Positions 12,265 to 24,960 are shown, counted from the first letter of the whole stretch. The stretch is DNA of 57,421 nucleotides, filler included, from Asterionella formosa (GCA_002256025.1; 4 parts of 4 records of this genome joined end to end with filler, not necessarily neighbours in it); one strand, 5' to 3'. Made by a program: numbers and translations. The notes: a model not told the origin generated them from the sequence alone.

Positions 12265-14289
12265 CAAGATATGCTATTACTCAAACTTGGTTCTGATTTT
12301 GTACATGATAATGTAAATAGCACTGTTGGTTTTATAAAATCATATCTAGACAGCGTAAAATATTATATGTAGTGGCTGATGATTCATTTCATTGTAGCTA
12401 GCAACACCTGATTTTAAGATCATCGAACTTTAAGGAAGACAACGACAACAGTTATCTAGTAGTACAAGCAATGTCTTCAAAAAACCATAAAGAGTTTCAT
12501 GGAAACAAGCGACATGTGGCAAATACTGCCGGTATGGAACAAACAGGCAAGTACCAAAATGAGTTAATAAAGAAAAAGCGAATCAGCAATTATCCAAAGG
12601 AACCCAATCGGCAACAGGGACGAGTTAGTGGGGGTACTACCCCATCGTTGATGGTGACACCACAGCTACTAGTACAAAGGGTCCCGTAATTGATACTGAA
12701 AGCGATGATGAGCGACGTTTCTTTTTCGGTTGTTGATACAAGAAAAATGGCTCCTGTCGATGATACCGTTAATAACTCCCAGATGCAGATGGACGACATG
12801 GTACCATATCATAAATTTTCTAATCGCACGGACCAACAAGTATGTAACAAACAGAGGGAAAAAATTTTGCACTTGCCAAAGGATATTATCAATTCTTGGT
12901 CAATGAACTCAATCACTACAAAGGTCGTAATTCGGTTCAAAAGTCGCTCTTCCATGCGAGGTTATCAAAAATCTTCTATCTCAGCAGCCTTATCAGAACG
13001 TGGTTCCCGCTTCGCTAAAATTGTACCATCAAGTGTCACAAAGGTTGTGAGTTTTATTTGCTTTTTCAAGACCAAGAAGTTTTGCTGTGAACATGTAAGT
13101 TTGAGGTTAAAGTTCGCGAAATGCAGGTACTGTAAAACAAACAGAATATCAATCTAATGTTCTTTATTCTGGTCCCAAAAGAGAATCAAACATCCCATCA
13201 TATCTGGTCCAAGTAGTATGAAAGGCATTTCCAATCACAACAGGATTGGTTTGCCCAATACCAGAATATAGCTAACTTCCAGACTATGGATATTGATGAC
13301 TTTACCAGTTGGGCGTTCACGCTTTATCGTTTTGCGCAGTCAAAGGACATTGACAGGGGAAGCCAAGGATACCAAGTCTGGCGTGATGTTCTTGCTCCAG
13401 TGTATTTTATAGGCAGGACAAGCCGTGGAGAACCATTGTTAACAGGAGACAAATCTGGTGTGACCAAATTTCAACTCAGTGTGCGTTCAGGCACGGTGTG
13501 AATTGCAATCACGTTTTGTTGGTTCGCTGATAAATGCCAGTACAGAAGCATTTTGCTTCTTGGTACTGAAAGGAAAATTCCGATTGCAACAAAAATATTT
13601 GCCTGGAATGTAAGAATGAAACTATGTATCGCGGTAGTGCATCGAATCATTCAAGGAAAGAAGTTAATGGCAGTGTAACTGCTGCAGCATTTAGGGAGAG
13701 TAGACAACAAGAAGAGATTATGTGTCCTATCCTTGAATCAAGTGGCCACAATCATCCATTTCATGACAACAGCGATGATTCAGTTAATAACAATATTCAG
13801 TCACAAAAAGACGAACAATTGAGACTAAAAACTCTCCAAGGATTGAATTCAGAGACCATGCAATATTCAGATTTCCAAGATCATACCGGCTTTCTTCCTG
13901 AAAATGCAATGGAAATGCCCCTTCCTCCTCAATTTCAACTTCCAAGTAAACATTCTCTGAACATGCATCCAATTGAATTAGAATCATGTTATTCCTTAAC
14001 GAGAATTACCTTCCGCCAGTTTACTTTGATCATCTAATGAAATGTCTGTTCAAGGCCGAGGCAAAGAAATATTTTGATGGAAGCAAGGTATCAAGCTCCA
14101 GCCATCCTACCAGACCTTGAAAAACGCATGGATATTTCATTTCCACCAACATTAGCTGGTGTTCAACTGTTGACCAAACAAATACAGAATGATAACAAGC
14201 AATTCAAACATGATCATCCCACGCACACTCCATTATTTCGAACCAATACAGCTCATGGCAGGATTGCTACGCGATTCCGATATCATACA

Positions 14290-14389
14290 NNNNNNNNNNN
14301 NNNNNNNNNNNNNNNNNNNNNNNNNNNNNNNNNTTAATTAATTAANNNNNNNNNNNNNNNNNNNNNNNNNNNNNNNNNNNNNNNNNNNN
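14290..14389. other. Artificial contig linker
   Basis: 100 nt: N run with a central TTAATTAATTAA (stops in all six frames). Confidence 0.97.
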
Positions 14390-16342
14390 TTTAGTCTAGA
14401 GCAGCTAGCAGACATCAAGCCTGAACACATATACAAATGGATGGCTGTGAAGACTTATGGTAAACCAAACCCAAGCCAAAACGACAATCCAACATATGGT
14501 AGATCAACCTCATTGGAATATTACAAGAAGGCATTGTCCTACTTCATGCCACTCCGGCTCTCGACTTGGAATGTCATGATCAACTGTGGAAATCCAACCA
14601 GATCTGTGCTTGTTCTTGACCTAATCAAGGCTGTAAAGAAAAAGGAGGTCCGCAAGCAGGGAAAAGCATCAGCAGCACGTCGTCCACTTGAAGCCCAAGA
14701 ATTTACCAACACAATAAATGCACTTCGACGATGCAAAGACAGTATCCGCCGCTACCAGATGGTTTCTCTATGTTCCTTCCAATTCCACATGGTCGGCCGG
14801 ATCGACGATTGTGTCCAATTGAAGAAGGAAAACTTGAAACCCAATCTTCGTTTTCCTTTTACCCTGATATGTCAGCTGTGTTGGTCCAAGAATGTCAAGG
14901 ATGAGAGGGATGCACCAGATCAATTCCTCATGGGTGCAATGGACCCACAGTATTGTGTACTACTTAACTTGGCAATCCACCTCGAGACAGAAGGAATGTC
15001 CAATGGCAGCTCATTGGAGAATGACTGGGTTTTTCCTCTTGGAACCGATAATCCTCGGAATGCAAAAAATAAGGCATATCGTATCCTGCGAGATGAAGTT
15101 TGGTCAGGTAGTGAGTTCAACAAGCTTGGCATCATTGGATTAATTGGAACACACAGCCTTCGTAAATATCCCTCAACCCATGCACGAAGGAATGGATGCT
15201 CCCGCGATGATATAGATTTCCGCGGTCGCTGGAAACGACACACAAAGCAAGTAGACACTTACATTGATGTTGATCTTCCATATCCTGATGCCAAGGTGGC
15301 AGCAGCCCTGTGTATTGGAGGAGCATGTAAGTATGTGCTCAAAGAGAGTTGCGGTGTGACTGATGATTGGCTTTTGGAAACTGTTGCTCCAAATATTCTC
15401 CTGCAGTTCCCACGTGAAGTAGCATTGACGCTAGCACGGCCACTACTATGGGCCGTTTTTGAGCCACACCTACAGGGCTACCTACCAGATACACTGACAG
15501 AGCGTGTCAGGTTGGCATACGCATTTGTGCGTCGCCTTCCAGCAGCTGCCAATCCAGTGGAAAAAATTCCTATTATTATTACTGGTGCAGAAGGTGAGGT
15601 ATATATTGACGAAATTGGTGCGGATCTCGATCAAGGTGTATGCAAGGTGGTACCACAAGGGGAACAGCCGGCAGGTGGAGCACAACGACGACTAGCTGGT
15701 CAGCAGAGGAATGAGGTACTTGGGCTGTATTCACTGCAGAAGGAAACACAACGAGACATGAAAGAGATGCAGGCGCAAATAGTGGTACTCAAGTCAGCTA
15801 TGCAAAAGGGGATGACGAAGTTGAATACAAGTCTCAATCGCCTTACAAGAATGTCAGGGCAAAGGTTTAAAGTTGATGGTCTCAAGGTCGCCCCTACAGC
15901 TGCGCCCCCAACTTTCAATGATGAAAATTTCGAATTTCAGGCTCCAGGAGTGAATAACAATCAAAACGACAATGAACTACAAGTCGAAAATGAATTCGGA
16001 TTTAATGTGGATGTAATGGTTGTGGAGCCAAAAAACCACAGCAGTCTTAGTAAGACCCCAAAGACACTCTTTGTACTCTGGCAGGAGTTTGAAGTGGGAA
16101 TTGGTGGTCGAAAGCCTGCTAGGCTATTTACAAGGGTTGAAAGGGGGCGTGTAAAGTGCCTCTATTGTCGGCGCAAGGTTTTGTGGGAAGCAGTGGCACG
16201 CTTAGTTCGAGCTGGATATACTGCTCATGTAGCCATTGACCGCATTTATGAAGCATATGGTGTTGACAAAACAGTCTCCCAGATAATCAACCAAATGATG
16301 AAGGATCGTCGCAATGGTGGGCATCCACTTCTACAAGTTTAG
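14390..16342 (+). CDS. Crypton-type tyrosine recombinase with C-terminal GCR1_C-like DNA-binding domain (5' end lost in the linker)
   Basis: Numbered from Met at 14441: R120 (FHMVGRIDD), K150 (WSKNV), H238-x-x-R241 (GTHSLRK), W264 (RGRW) and Y274 (VDTY). The C-terminus reads PKTLFVLWQEFEVGIGGRKPA..YCRRKVLW. The frame is open upstream to the gap (FSLEQLADIKPEHIYKW). Confidence 0.9.
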   Translation, partial: FSLEQLADIKPEHIYKWMAVKTYGKPNPSQNDNPTYGRSTSLEYYKKALSYFMPLRLSTWNVMINCGNPTRSVLVLDLIKAVKKKEVRKQGKASAARRPLEAQEFTNTINALRRCKDSIRRYQMVSLCSFQFHMVGRIDDCVQLKKENLKPNLRFPFTLICQLCWSKNVKDERDAPDQFLMGAMDPQYCVLLNLAIHLETEGMSNGSSLENDWVFPLGTDNPRNAKNKAYRILRDEVWSGSEFNKLGIIGLIGTHSLRKYPSTHARRNGCSRDDIDFRGRWKRHTKQVDTYIDVDLPYPDAKVAAALCIGGACKYVLKESCGVTDDWLLETVAPNILLQFPREVALTLARPLLWAVFEPHLQGYLPDTLTERVRLAYAFVRRLPAAANPVEKIPIIITGAEGEVYIDEIGADLDQGVCKVVPQGEQPAGGAQRRLAGQQRNEVLGLYSLQKETQRDMKEMQAQIVVLKSAMQKGMTKLNTSLNRLTRMSGQRFKVDGLKVAPTAAPPTFNDENFEFQAPGVNNNQNDNELQVENEFGFNVDVMVVEPKNHSSLSKTPKTLFVLWQEFEVGIGGRKPARLFTRVERGRVKCLYCRRKVLWEAVARLVRAGYTAHVAIDRIYEAYGVDKTVSQIINQMMKDRRNGGHPLLQV

Positions 16343-18103
16343 GTTCCTGGAAATAATAATGCATCGACTATCATTAACACTAAAATATATACTAGATTTT
16401 TCAATATTCTACAATCATGTAGCAACAAGCCAAAGTTTTGTCCTCCACATCATCATTGCTTTCTTCAGAATCAATTGTGGCGATGGCAACAATTTCCTGT
16501 CGAAGTTCTTCCAAAAGTGGTTTTGCAATCATGTGTTGTCATTGGCACTGAATAGTAAAGCCTTCACTTTTCTTTTTATTTGTAACAAGGCCAATGAAGA
16601 AAGAGACGGAAATAATAAACTCAATCTATCCAGCATTCTGAAGTCGTTGCAAGGCGGCAAATATATATCATGCTTCTCTCTGTGGCCCTAACAAAGGTGG
16701 CACATCAAGGCACTGAAAAAACTGGCTTTGTTTTGTCGCCGTCAATGCATCCTTTGCATTTTTGGACGCACTTAGCAACACGGTCAACTGCAGCAACCTT
16801 ATGCAAATGTCGACTTTTCAGAAGTATAATAACAAGTTCATTCAATTTGCCTTCCACTCGAACGAGCTAGGGGAACTTCAGGACAGTTCTCCCCCATCAA
16901 ATAAATCAGAGTTTCTACATATTCAGCATTCAAATCAATAGCAGCCACTGTAGAATCAAGAAGGTGCAAAGCGACATGAATTGTTCCTGCAATCACAACC
17001 TCCTCGGCAATTCCACTCAATTGGCTCAAGTACAATGCAGCAGATGCCAAGACCTCCTTCAGCATTGCCACCAGAATCATCAAGTTCCAATAGAGCTTCA
17101 GAATATGATGCCTTGGCTTCAGCACTTTGATTCCGCTTGTTCCATCAAGTATTGAATGACATTTTCAAGGATCCCGGCGCCTGTGATTGACAAAAATTAA
17201 CAGGCGGTGTACATATGCATGCCAGTAAGAAATTTTACTATCATCACCTCTACTATCAGATATATCGGGTATACATCCATGCTACATTCTGTATCGCTAG
17301 AATACCGGTACCAGGGTAGCTTGTAGTTTACCTTTGTACACAGTGCTAGTTGACTGCTAGTACACTAGCTTTCACTACGGTCTTAAAAGGTTGCACTGGG
17401 GGTTGAATTTTTTGCATGTACCACCCTGGTACCACCGGAACCAGGTAGCTCAAAATGAGGAAGCATTCGGTGATGCTTATTTTTTAGTGCATATATGTTA
17501 TGCAGGTACGGTATATGAATTTTGTATTTTATCTTTCTGTGGTCCTGCCAACACTGCCAAGGCAGAATATTATTCAGCTACCAGTACATATGTATCCTCC
17601 GCCTCATATAATGTGCGGTGCTGGACACCACCATTATTCAGGAGCAGCTTTTTCACATGCGAGGTTTCAAGAGAGCTAATATACATTAATACTGAATTCC
17701 AGCAAGATGCGGTCATTTTGCTTAAATAAACAATTTAATATGGGATAAAACAGCTACATATATAGTTGAGCAAAATTAATACCGGCCCCAGGTATACTCC
17801 GCCCTACATACCGTATGTAGCTATGTCGGACTGTGTACACCCTGGTATATTTGATGGGACCAGGTAGCTACAGGATATGTACCGGTAGCTGTCCTTGCTT
17901 CGCTTTGTCGCTTCGCTATCGTTCTGTTTTCGTCTATCGATTCGACCATGATTGAAATGAGGAGGAGGTGTGATTACCAAACATCAAACGTTTACTACAG
18001 TACCATAAATTAGGTACCGGTAGCTTATCTCTCTCATCACTTCGGATCATCTCATTCAATTGTTCCATCTTGCCGTACACAAGGCAAGGCATCAACAACC
18101 AAA

Positions 18104-19795
18104 ATGTCAGCAGGTTCAGCAAGCAATGGCAAGATCCAACTTGTTCTGCAATCAGCTTCCAATGCAGCATCCCGTTTGGAGATTCCAGGTGAATGGAAAA
18201 AGAAAGATTCCATTCAAGCAGTCATGATTTCCATCAAAGATCGCTTATTTGGTGTTGATATTAGCAACAGTAGCGTGAGATTTTTGCAAAAAGTAGTGAA
18301 TAGCTCAGATTGGGAATCGACAACACTGCAACAGATGGGAATTCAGCAGGGTAGGGCGTTGCTTGTACTCCAAATCACTGATTCGCCTTCTGTTAGGGTT
18401 GAAACAGAGCAGCAAAAGCCAATTACTTCTATACATCAACTGGAAGCGGCACTGGATCGGCTATTGAACAATAATTTCGATGTGGATAGTAAAGAAACTA
18501 TTGTTACGTTACTTAAAATCATTGACAATGTCATTTCGAAACCTGGCGATCCAAAAGTGAGAACACTCAAGCTATCGAATGCTGTCATGCAGAAAAAGAT
18601 TGTATCTCGTCAAGGTGCAGGTAGGTGTTCCTTGATGATCGCTGGCAAACTTGGTTGGTGGCTCTGTTAACTCTCATTAATTTTCTTTGTGATATTCCCC
18701 GTCTACTCGGAAACGTACAAAACAGTTGATTTCCTAGTTGCTGCTGGCTTTACCAAGGTACAAACCAATAATCCGTCGTTGTTGGAGTCAGGAGAGGAAT
18801 GTTTAGTGATTTCTGAAGATTCCAACGATTCTCTGCTATGGAAGGCCCGCAGATTGCTTGTCACCAAGGCAATTTCAGAACTTTGCATGAAAAGCGACGA
18901 ATTGCCAAAAGAAAAGATGCCACCTCCAAGGGTTTCCAAAAAATTGCCATCATCACCGCCATTCGATCCCTACAAGGCACAGAGATTCGATGCCAAATCA
19001 GCCGCGACAGGACAATCGCTAGGACCCGATGGGGCGTATGTATCAGTGACGGAGTCGGCTTTGGAGGACATTAAATCGAAACAGGCGAGGTTAGAAAGCA
19101 AACTACAAGTATTGGACGATCGGGAATTGGTGGCATTTTGGCCGAATCAATCAGATCCTATAGTGCATGCAGAACCTACAAATAGCACGACGTCTGATGG
19201 ATCCCTCCTTGCGGCGCAAATGAAGCGACAAGCCCAAGATCGCAAACAACGGGAAGAAGGTGGCTTCACCACCAAGGCAATGAGAGATTTGCAACAAATG
19301 AAAAAGACGAAAGTTTACGCATCCGCCATACTTCGAATTCAATTTCCCGACGGAAGTGTCCTTTCTGCCAAATTTTTACCCAAGGAAGGCATTGACATTG
19401 TCCGAAATGTTGTTTTGGAGTGTTTGTCCGTGCCCAATCTTGACTTTGATTTGTATGTGTCACCGCCGAGGCGCAAGTTGGATTTTACCAAGACATTGCA
19501 AGACGAAGGACTCGTGCCAGCTGCCAAAGTCTTTGTGAGCTGGAAGGCTGCTCCTCCTAACAACTGCGCGGTTGGAGAATTTTTGGATCCAGATTTGTTC
19601 AAAGTTGCTTCTGTGGTTTTCCCAGAGGGTTTGGCATTGGTAGACGAATCCAGAAAGTCACCAACGCAAAAGGCAATTTCAGGTGAAGAAGACCTGTTGC
19701 GTCGCATGATGGGTGGCAGTGGTGGAATCAGCAAGTCAGGCAGCGCCAAAGTTGGGGACGATAAGAATAAAAAACCCAAGTGGTTCAAAGGATAA
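18104..19795 (+). CDS. PUB- and UBX-domain p97/CDC48 adaptor (UBXN6/TUG-like); exons 18104-18620 and 18726-19795
   Basis: PUB motif TLLKIIDNVISKPGDPKVRTLKLSN..GAVDFLVAAGF is restored by a GT-AG intron at 18621-18725. UBX motifs FTTKAMRD, LRIQFPDG and TLQDEGLVPAA are present. Confidence 0.9.
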
Positions 19796-20280
19796 ACCGA
19801 CTCAGAATATACCGGTACTGGTAGTCTAATGGTGATTTGGACAGTATAATGCTTCTTGATGGTGACTTCAGCTGATGTCATTGAAATCTCTGCCTCACAC
19901 ATTTGTGTTATGATAGTAGACCATTCTCCATGCTTGTTATTGGTTAACATGTTGAATGAACCGGTAGTCTGCTACCGGTATGTAATATGCCGGTACCAAT
20001 CATACTCTAGAATCTGCACCTGTTGAATGATTGATGCAACTGTTATTGGATGGAGGGAGTACTTGTCTGAACCGTGCAGGAGAGGTCGTTCTGTTCCGTC
20101 TGTGTATATATTAATTAATGATATTAATGACACGTATACAAACGTAATATACATATACCGTTAGGATCATCATGTACGTAATATGTGACACCCAATACCG
20201 GTACGATATGCAACCCTCCTTTGCAGGGTGACATGAAAACGACAACAGAATCAACGACTGCAAGAATTACGAACCCCGCC

Positions 20281-20808
20281 ATGTCGTCCTCTCTGATCAC
20301 GTTCAGAACTCTGTCACTCAAGGCGGCCGACGAGATTGCCTCCTTCGCCATTCAGATCGCCCAACGCAATGCCTTTGCTCCAATTGCAGTTTGCGTCATG
20401 GATGCATCGGGATATCCCATCGTTTCCAAACGCATGGACAAATGTCCTGCCAAGGCATTCGCCAAAATGGCGGAACACAAAGCGACGACGTGTGTTACAA
20501 TGAAAATGAGCACGCGAGCGTACGGAAACAAGTACTTATCGTCCACATCCACGCCAGATATGAATTGTCGACTTCTGAATCAAATAGCAGCCGTTCAAGG
20601 TGAAGCTGTTGCGTTTCCGGGAGGAATTGTTCTCAAGTGCAGCGAATCAAACGAAATCGTCGGTTCAGTAGGGGTTAGTGGAGCAAGTGGGGCAGAGGAC
20701 GAGTACATTGGACTTCGAGCAGTGCAATTAAGTAGTATCAGGTCCGATGTAATTACTGAACCCAAGGAGCACATGTGTCTGACTGTGATGGATGGTTTGA
20801 GTTCATGA
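20281..20808 (+). CDS. GlcG/HbpS-family heme-binding protein (DUF336-like)
   Basis: Motifs IAVCVMDASG..RMD, AEHKATT, FPGGIVL and IVGSVGVSGASGAEDE. Confidence 0.88.
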   Translation: MSSSLITFRTLSLKAADEIASFAIQIAQRNAFAPIAVCVMDASGYPIVSKRMDKCPAKAFAKMAEHKATTCVTMKMSTRAYGNKYLSSTSTPDMNCRLLNQIAAVQGEAVAFPGGIVLKCSESNEIVGSVGVSGASGAEDEYIGLRAVQLSSIRSDVITEPKEHMCLTVMDGLSS

Positions 20809-22566
20809 ATGCGGAATCGAAAGGAAAGAATTTGAAATAATCCCAGACTTCAACAAATGATAATGCTAAGAATAGCTGCGGCTGTGGCTGTGGCTGCGGC
20901 TGTCGATCAGGAGTGAAAAGTAAATCGTTCAAGGAAATCTGTTGTGTAGCCAATGATTCATTTGTCCTCAGTTACCTATATTGTCAGTGAAACAGTTTTT
21001 CACTTACTTCATTTATTTCCTGATGAATTGGTAGGTTTAATCCATTTCATCTTTTGTATGCAATGAAGACATAATCACTGACATGTTCAAAAGAATGTCT
21101 TGTTTGATTTGCAGCTCATTGATAGTTCAAGGTCATGATGATTTTGTTCAAGTGAAACAACTCTTTTGACTTTTGAGGAATCACTCCTTGCCTTTGCTCC
21201 TTTCTCTTTCAAATTTCCAACCCATACTTTGTGTTGCCACATTTTAAGTTTCTTTGATTTGTGCCACTGCTATAAATAAAGCACAGTAAATATCAAGGGG
21301 AGAACTGTCGATTCTTGCCAGGAGGTCACTCCTGACAGCATAGGGATCATGCCTACATACTTTTTATTTTCATCAAGCTCTGTCGATATTGGGCAATCAC
21401 TGTTTGAAAGGACAACCCCATTGGCTTTATAAAAAATGCCAAAATATTGGAATCAAAATCTGTATGTACAGAAATTTAATCATTGTTATTATATAAGGGG
21501 TCTTGTGACAGACGATTTTGTCAAATGATTTTCTGTTCAAAATTTCAAATATTTAAACTGTTACATGACTCTTGGGAATGAACATAAAAAAATCACTTGT
21601 TCTATATCAATTTCACAACCCTAGCAATGCTTATCTCCAAACTAGGGTTAAGCCAGGGCTACAACCTACTCCCAAGCCAACAAACTCGATGTCAACTGCT
21701 GCCAAAATGAGGAGGAGCTTGATATCACCTCCTAGGAGCATTAAGTTTGATCCATATTTTTATGCAAGTGACTCTGCCTTGACTTTTGAGATGGACCTTG
21801 AATAGGAAGTTGAAAATTTGTCTGTAATTTTTTAATCCCTGAAATATTTCAGATCACCTCAATGCACATGTATTCATCACTATTTTGAAAGAGATCCACA
21901 AGATGATTCATGAACAAATAATCAAAATTAAAGTGATGGCTTTCTGAGGACATCGACAAGACACATTGTGAACTTCATTCAATATGATCTGTACCAGCAT
22001 TGCAAGTGACCCATGTAACAAAGGAACTTGGAAGGTGGACTCTGCATTGGTAATATCCAAAAAATAGAATTTTTGCCTTTCAACAAAGTAGATAGATAGC
22101 AGAATATTCTACAATAGTAGCTAGAGCAATAACTGGTTGGCGAGAAGCTTGATTTTGGATCAGTTCTTCAAATATGGGGCCAAATAGCTCACTTCAGATT
22201 TGTCGGCAGTCTGACAGCCATGATCTGATCGATTGCAGCGAAAAAAGAAAAAGATTCAAATGTAACAGACGAAGGTTCAGTGGTGGTCACACAATGAGAA
22301 AATTATGCTATCCCTTAAGCAACCATTTTGCTCGTCCCAAGGAGTTAGATGAAGGTAGTCTTGTTGTCTCATTCGAATTGCGAACTATAATAGATTCGAT
22401 TGTAGGATGTCGAAAGGCCTAGTAGCAATTGATCTACTAGTTGCAGCAATAATCAAAAGCGCCCAATTCTCAAGGGGGAAAGCAGTATAGCTCTTCAGTC
22501 AATCACAAAATATCCTAACTCACTACTAAAAAAATCATCGATCTGCAAAGTGTCCCACCGAGTGAA

Positions 22567-22983
22567 CTAATCCGTTCGTGTCTTGAAAACTCCTACTCTT
22601 GGAGCGTTCTCATCGTTGTCGTCCACCACATCGTCTGGTTCCGAAAAAGCAGCCATTACATAACCCGCTATCACCAGGTTGGTGACGATAATGGCCATAC
22701 CCCCGGCCCAATTGTTAGGTTGCGCTTTGTCTCCAAAGATATACAGGCCCAGGTAAAATGCAAATATCGGCAGTGTGAACATGGCGAGCGTTGCAATACC
22801 TAGCTTCTTTCCGACGTCGCGGTTTTGCTCTTGCATTAATCTGTAAACACAGGATGATTACGAATGAGTGCACCGGTAACTCTGTAAATGCAGTAGTGCA
22901 GCAATGACGGACACCGAAGGAATTGTAATCATATCCTCGTAAACAGGGGTATCCAATCTCGTTACTTACACTCCCAACACCAT
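22567..22983 (-). CDS. VMA21: VMA21-like V-ATPase assembly factor; exons 22983-22970 and 22840-22567
   Basis: Two TM helices with MFTLPI..FY and NLVIAGYVMAAFSE and a basic C-terminal tail (KTRTD). A GTAAGT..TTACAG intron at 22841-22969 joins MVLGV to LMQEQ in frame. Confidence 0.78.
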
Positions 22984-23553
22984 ATTTGGGTTTTTTAATA
23001 GAGGGCAAGGTTCTTTGAACAAACACACAGAGCGGCTAGAGTCGATATGTCTGCGACTTGTCAGTGTTAACGCGACGACCGGATTGAAGTAAAATAAAAA
23101 ATAGCTGTACATATATATTTTTGTAACGATGTCATTGCTTTTGATGTTGAGATGGGTGCGCATCACATGTCGCCTCGTCGTCAATTTGTTCTCTGATACA
23201 CTTTAGGAACCCGGAGGGTTTTCCACAACTGTTACCTTGTACCAGGTACCTGGTACCTTTCCCTGTGCTGGTATACATTTCAGGGAGCGATGGTGAGAAA
23301 AATAACAATACCGTATAGTCGTGCGTACTAGGTCATAGCTATAGCTACTACCAGTAAACAGCAAAAAGTTCCTCCGGTAAGTGTTGATAATTATTTCCAC
23401 TCTCACTAGACTAAGGTATTGTGGAGTGATACTTGCAATGGCCACGTTGTCTAACATCATATCCTAGAGGGACAACTCCTCTCATTCATAGTGGTGCAAA
23501 TTCCAGGTTCGGTTTCCTATAATGTGCAATATTTGATTAGGTGATAATAATAT

Positions 23554-24960
23554 CTATGTTTTGTTGCCATTCAATTCCAAGGCCATGCTAGCCTCCTGGT
23601 GTATAAACAGGTTGCAAAATGAATCATAGGTTCCCAATGCTCCAAACACAATACCGAATGCAATCAATAAAATATCCAATAGAATCTCCCACCATTTGAG
23701 ATTCTTCATGTCATACACAATCAAATGAAAGTAGCATGGGAAGATGAACCCCAAAATTGTGAGAATGGATGATCCCGCTAAAGCTAGAAACTTACCAAAG
23801 TCCGGAATCCCATAGGCAATAATAGCCGTCATTACCACCAGAAAAATCCGAAATGTCACCCTGAAACCAGCATGTTCTGCTAGTTCGCCACAATGCCGTT
23901 CCAATTCACCATGAACAGGGAACATCATGAGCGGATAGGTCAAATACAATGCCAAACATAAGGCAAGTTTCACAAAGGTAGCCCAACTGCTTCCAGTAAG
24001 ATTCAACGTAATTGGTGCTTTCGTATGTTCTGCGAATGCAAGATATCCGGCGGAACCAAACAAAATCATAAACAAGGTTAAACCAAACAAGACTGACTTG
24101 AAGAGGAGTGGAAAGTCTTGAGGCTTTCTACAAGAGCTTTCCAGGGGAAGAATCATGCTAACCCCTTCCAAGGAATAAATGGAAATGGACACGACGTAAA
24201 GTAAATTGCTCGAGTCAAAGTTTTTTACTTCGTGTTGACTAGAAGAATATGATTTGAAGTCTTGAAATAAGACTGCAGACAATCCAGCAAAACATGCAAT
24301 GTCTGCAACGAGGGAAAAGGGCGATAGCGTCCTCATGTCTCTTGCCTGCACTAGTACCGCCAAAACAGGTATACATCCTAGGCACGCATACATAACCGGT
24401 ATTTCAGCAATGGAATATAAATTCGCAGCCACAAAGATAAGATACGCCGTTGAAAATCCAACTTGCGAGATGATTACACATACATTGACCACTTTTTCTC
24501 CAGTTGGACCCATGACAATGCGACCGACATCACCATAGCTTTGGATACCCAAATGCCCTTCGAGTTCCAATTGCTGCCTTACTTTGACTAACAAGAGCAT
24601 CGCATACACATTCGCCGTTGACGTCATGGCCAGAGCAAACATACCCAAGACCCAACCAGACTGTTTGAAGGCATATGGTATCCCCAACATACCTGCGCCG
24701 ACAAAGCTAATAATGATATTGAATGCAACTTGTGAGTTGCTGGCCGAACCAGGCGCCATGCCGTGATTGTCGGCATGCTGTAGTACTGATGTGGAGATAT
24801 TATTGGTGTGGTGGCTTCCCAATAACGACATTTTTTCTCCAGTGTCCTCATTCAGTTCATTCGTTACGACGACGTTGGTCAATTCTACTGACAGACTGGA
24901 ATGTTCAATGTCATCGTCATTCCGAATTCTGATGCCCGCTTGATCATGATTTGATTCCAT
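23554..24960 (-). CDS. Amino acid transporter, AAAP/Aa_trans family (SLC36/AVT3-like)
   Basis: Motifs NIIISFVGAGMLGIPYAFKQSGW, SYGDVG, YSLEGVSMILPLE and TYPLMMFP; roughly 11 hydrophobic segments in a 468-aa ORF. Confidence 0.95.
   Translation of the reverse strand: MESNHDQAGIRIRNDDDIEHSSLSVELTNVVVTNELNEDTGEKMSLLGSHHTNNISTSVLQHADNHGMAPGSASNSQVAFNIIISFVGAGMLGIPYAFKQSGWVLGMFALAMTSTANVYAMLLLVKVRQQLELEGHLGIQSYGDVGRIVMGPTGEKVVNVCVIISQVGFSTAYLIFVAANLYSIAEIPVMYACLGCIPVLAVLVQARDMRTLSPFSLVADIACFAGLSAVLFQDFKSYSSSQHEVKNFDSSNLLYVVSISIYSLEGVSMILPLESSCRKPQDFPLLFKSVLFGLTLFMILFGSAGYLAFAEHTKAPITLNLTGSSWATFVKLALCLALYLTYPLMMFPVHGELERHCGELAEHAGFRVTFRIFLVVMTAIIAYGIPDFGKFLALAGSSILTILGFIFPCYFHLIVYDMKNLKWWEILLDILLIAFGIVFGALGTYDSFCNLFIHQEASMALELNGNKT

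Noticed and set aside
14334..14345. TTAATTAATTAA as a biological motif or TTAA target site
   Set aside because: Identical in all three N gaps, so it is an artificial stop linker.
12471..16342. Single element spanning the ORF chain and the recombinase
   Set aside because: Separated by an artificial linker; adjacency unproven.
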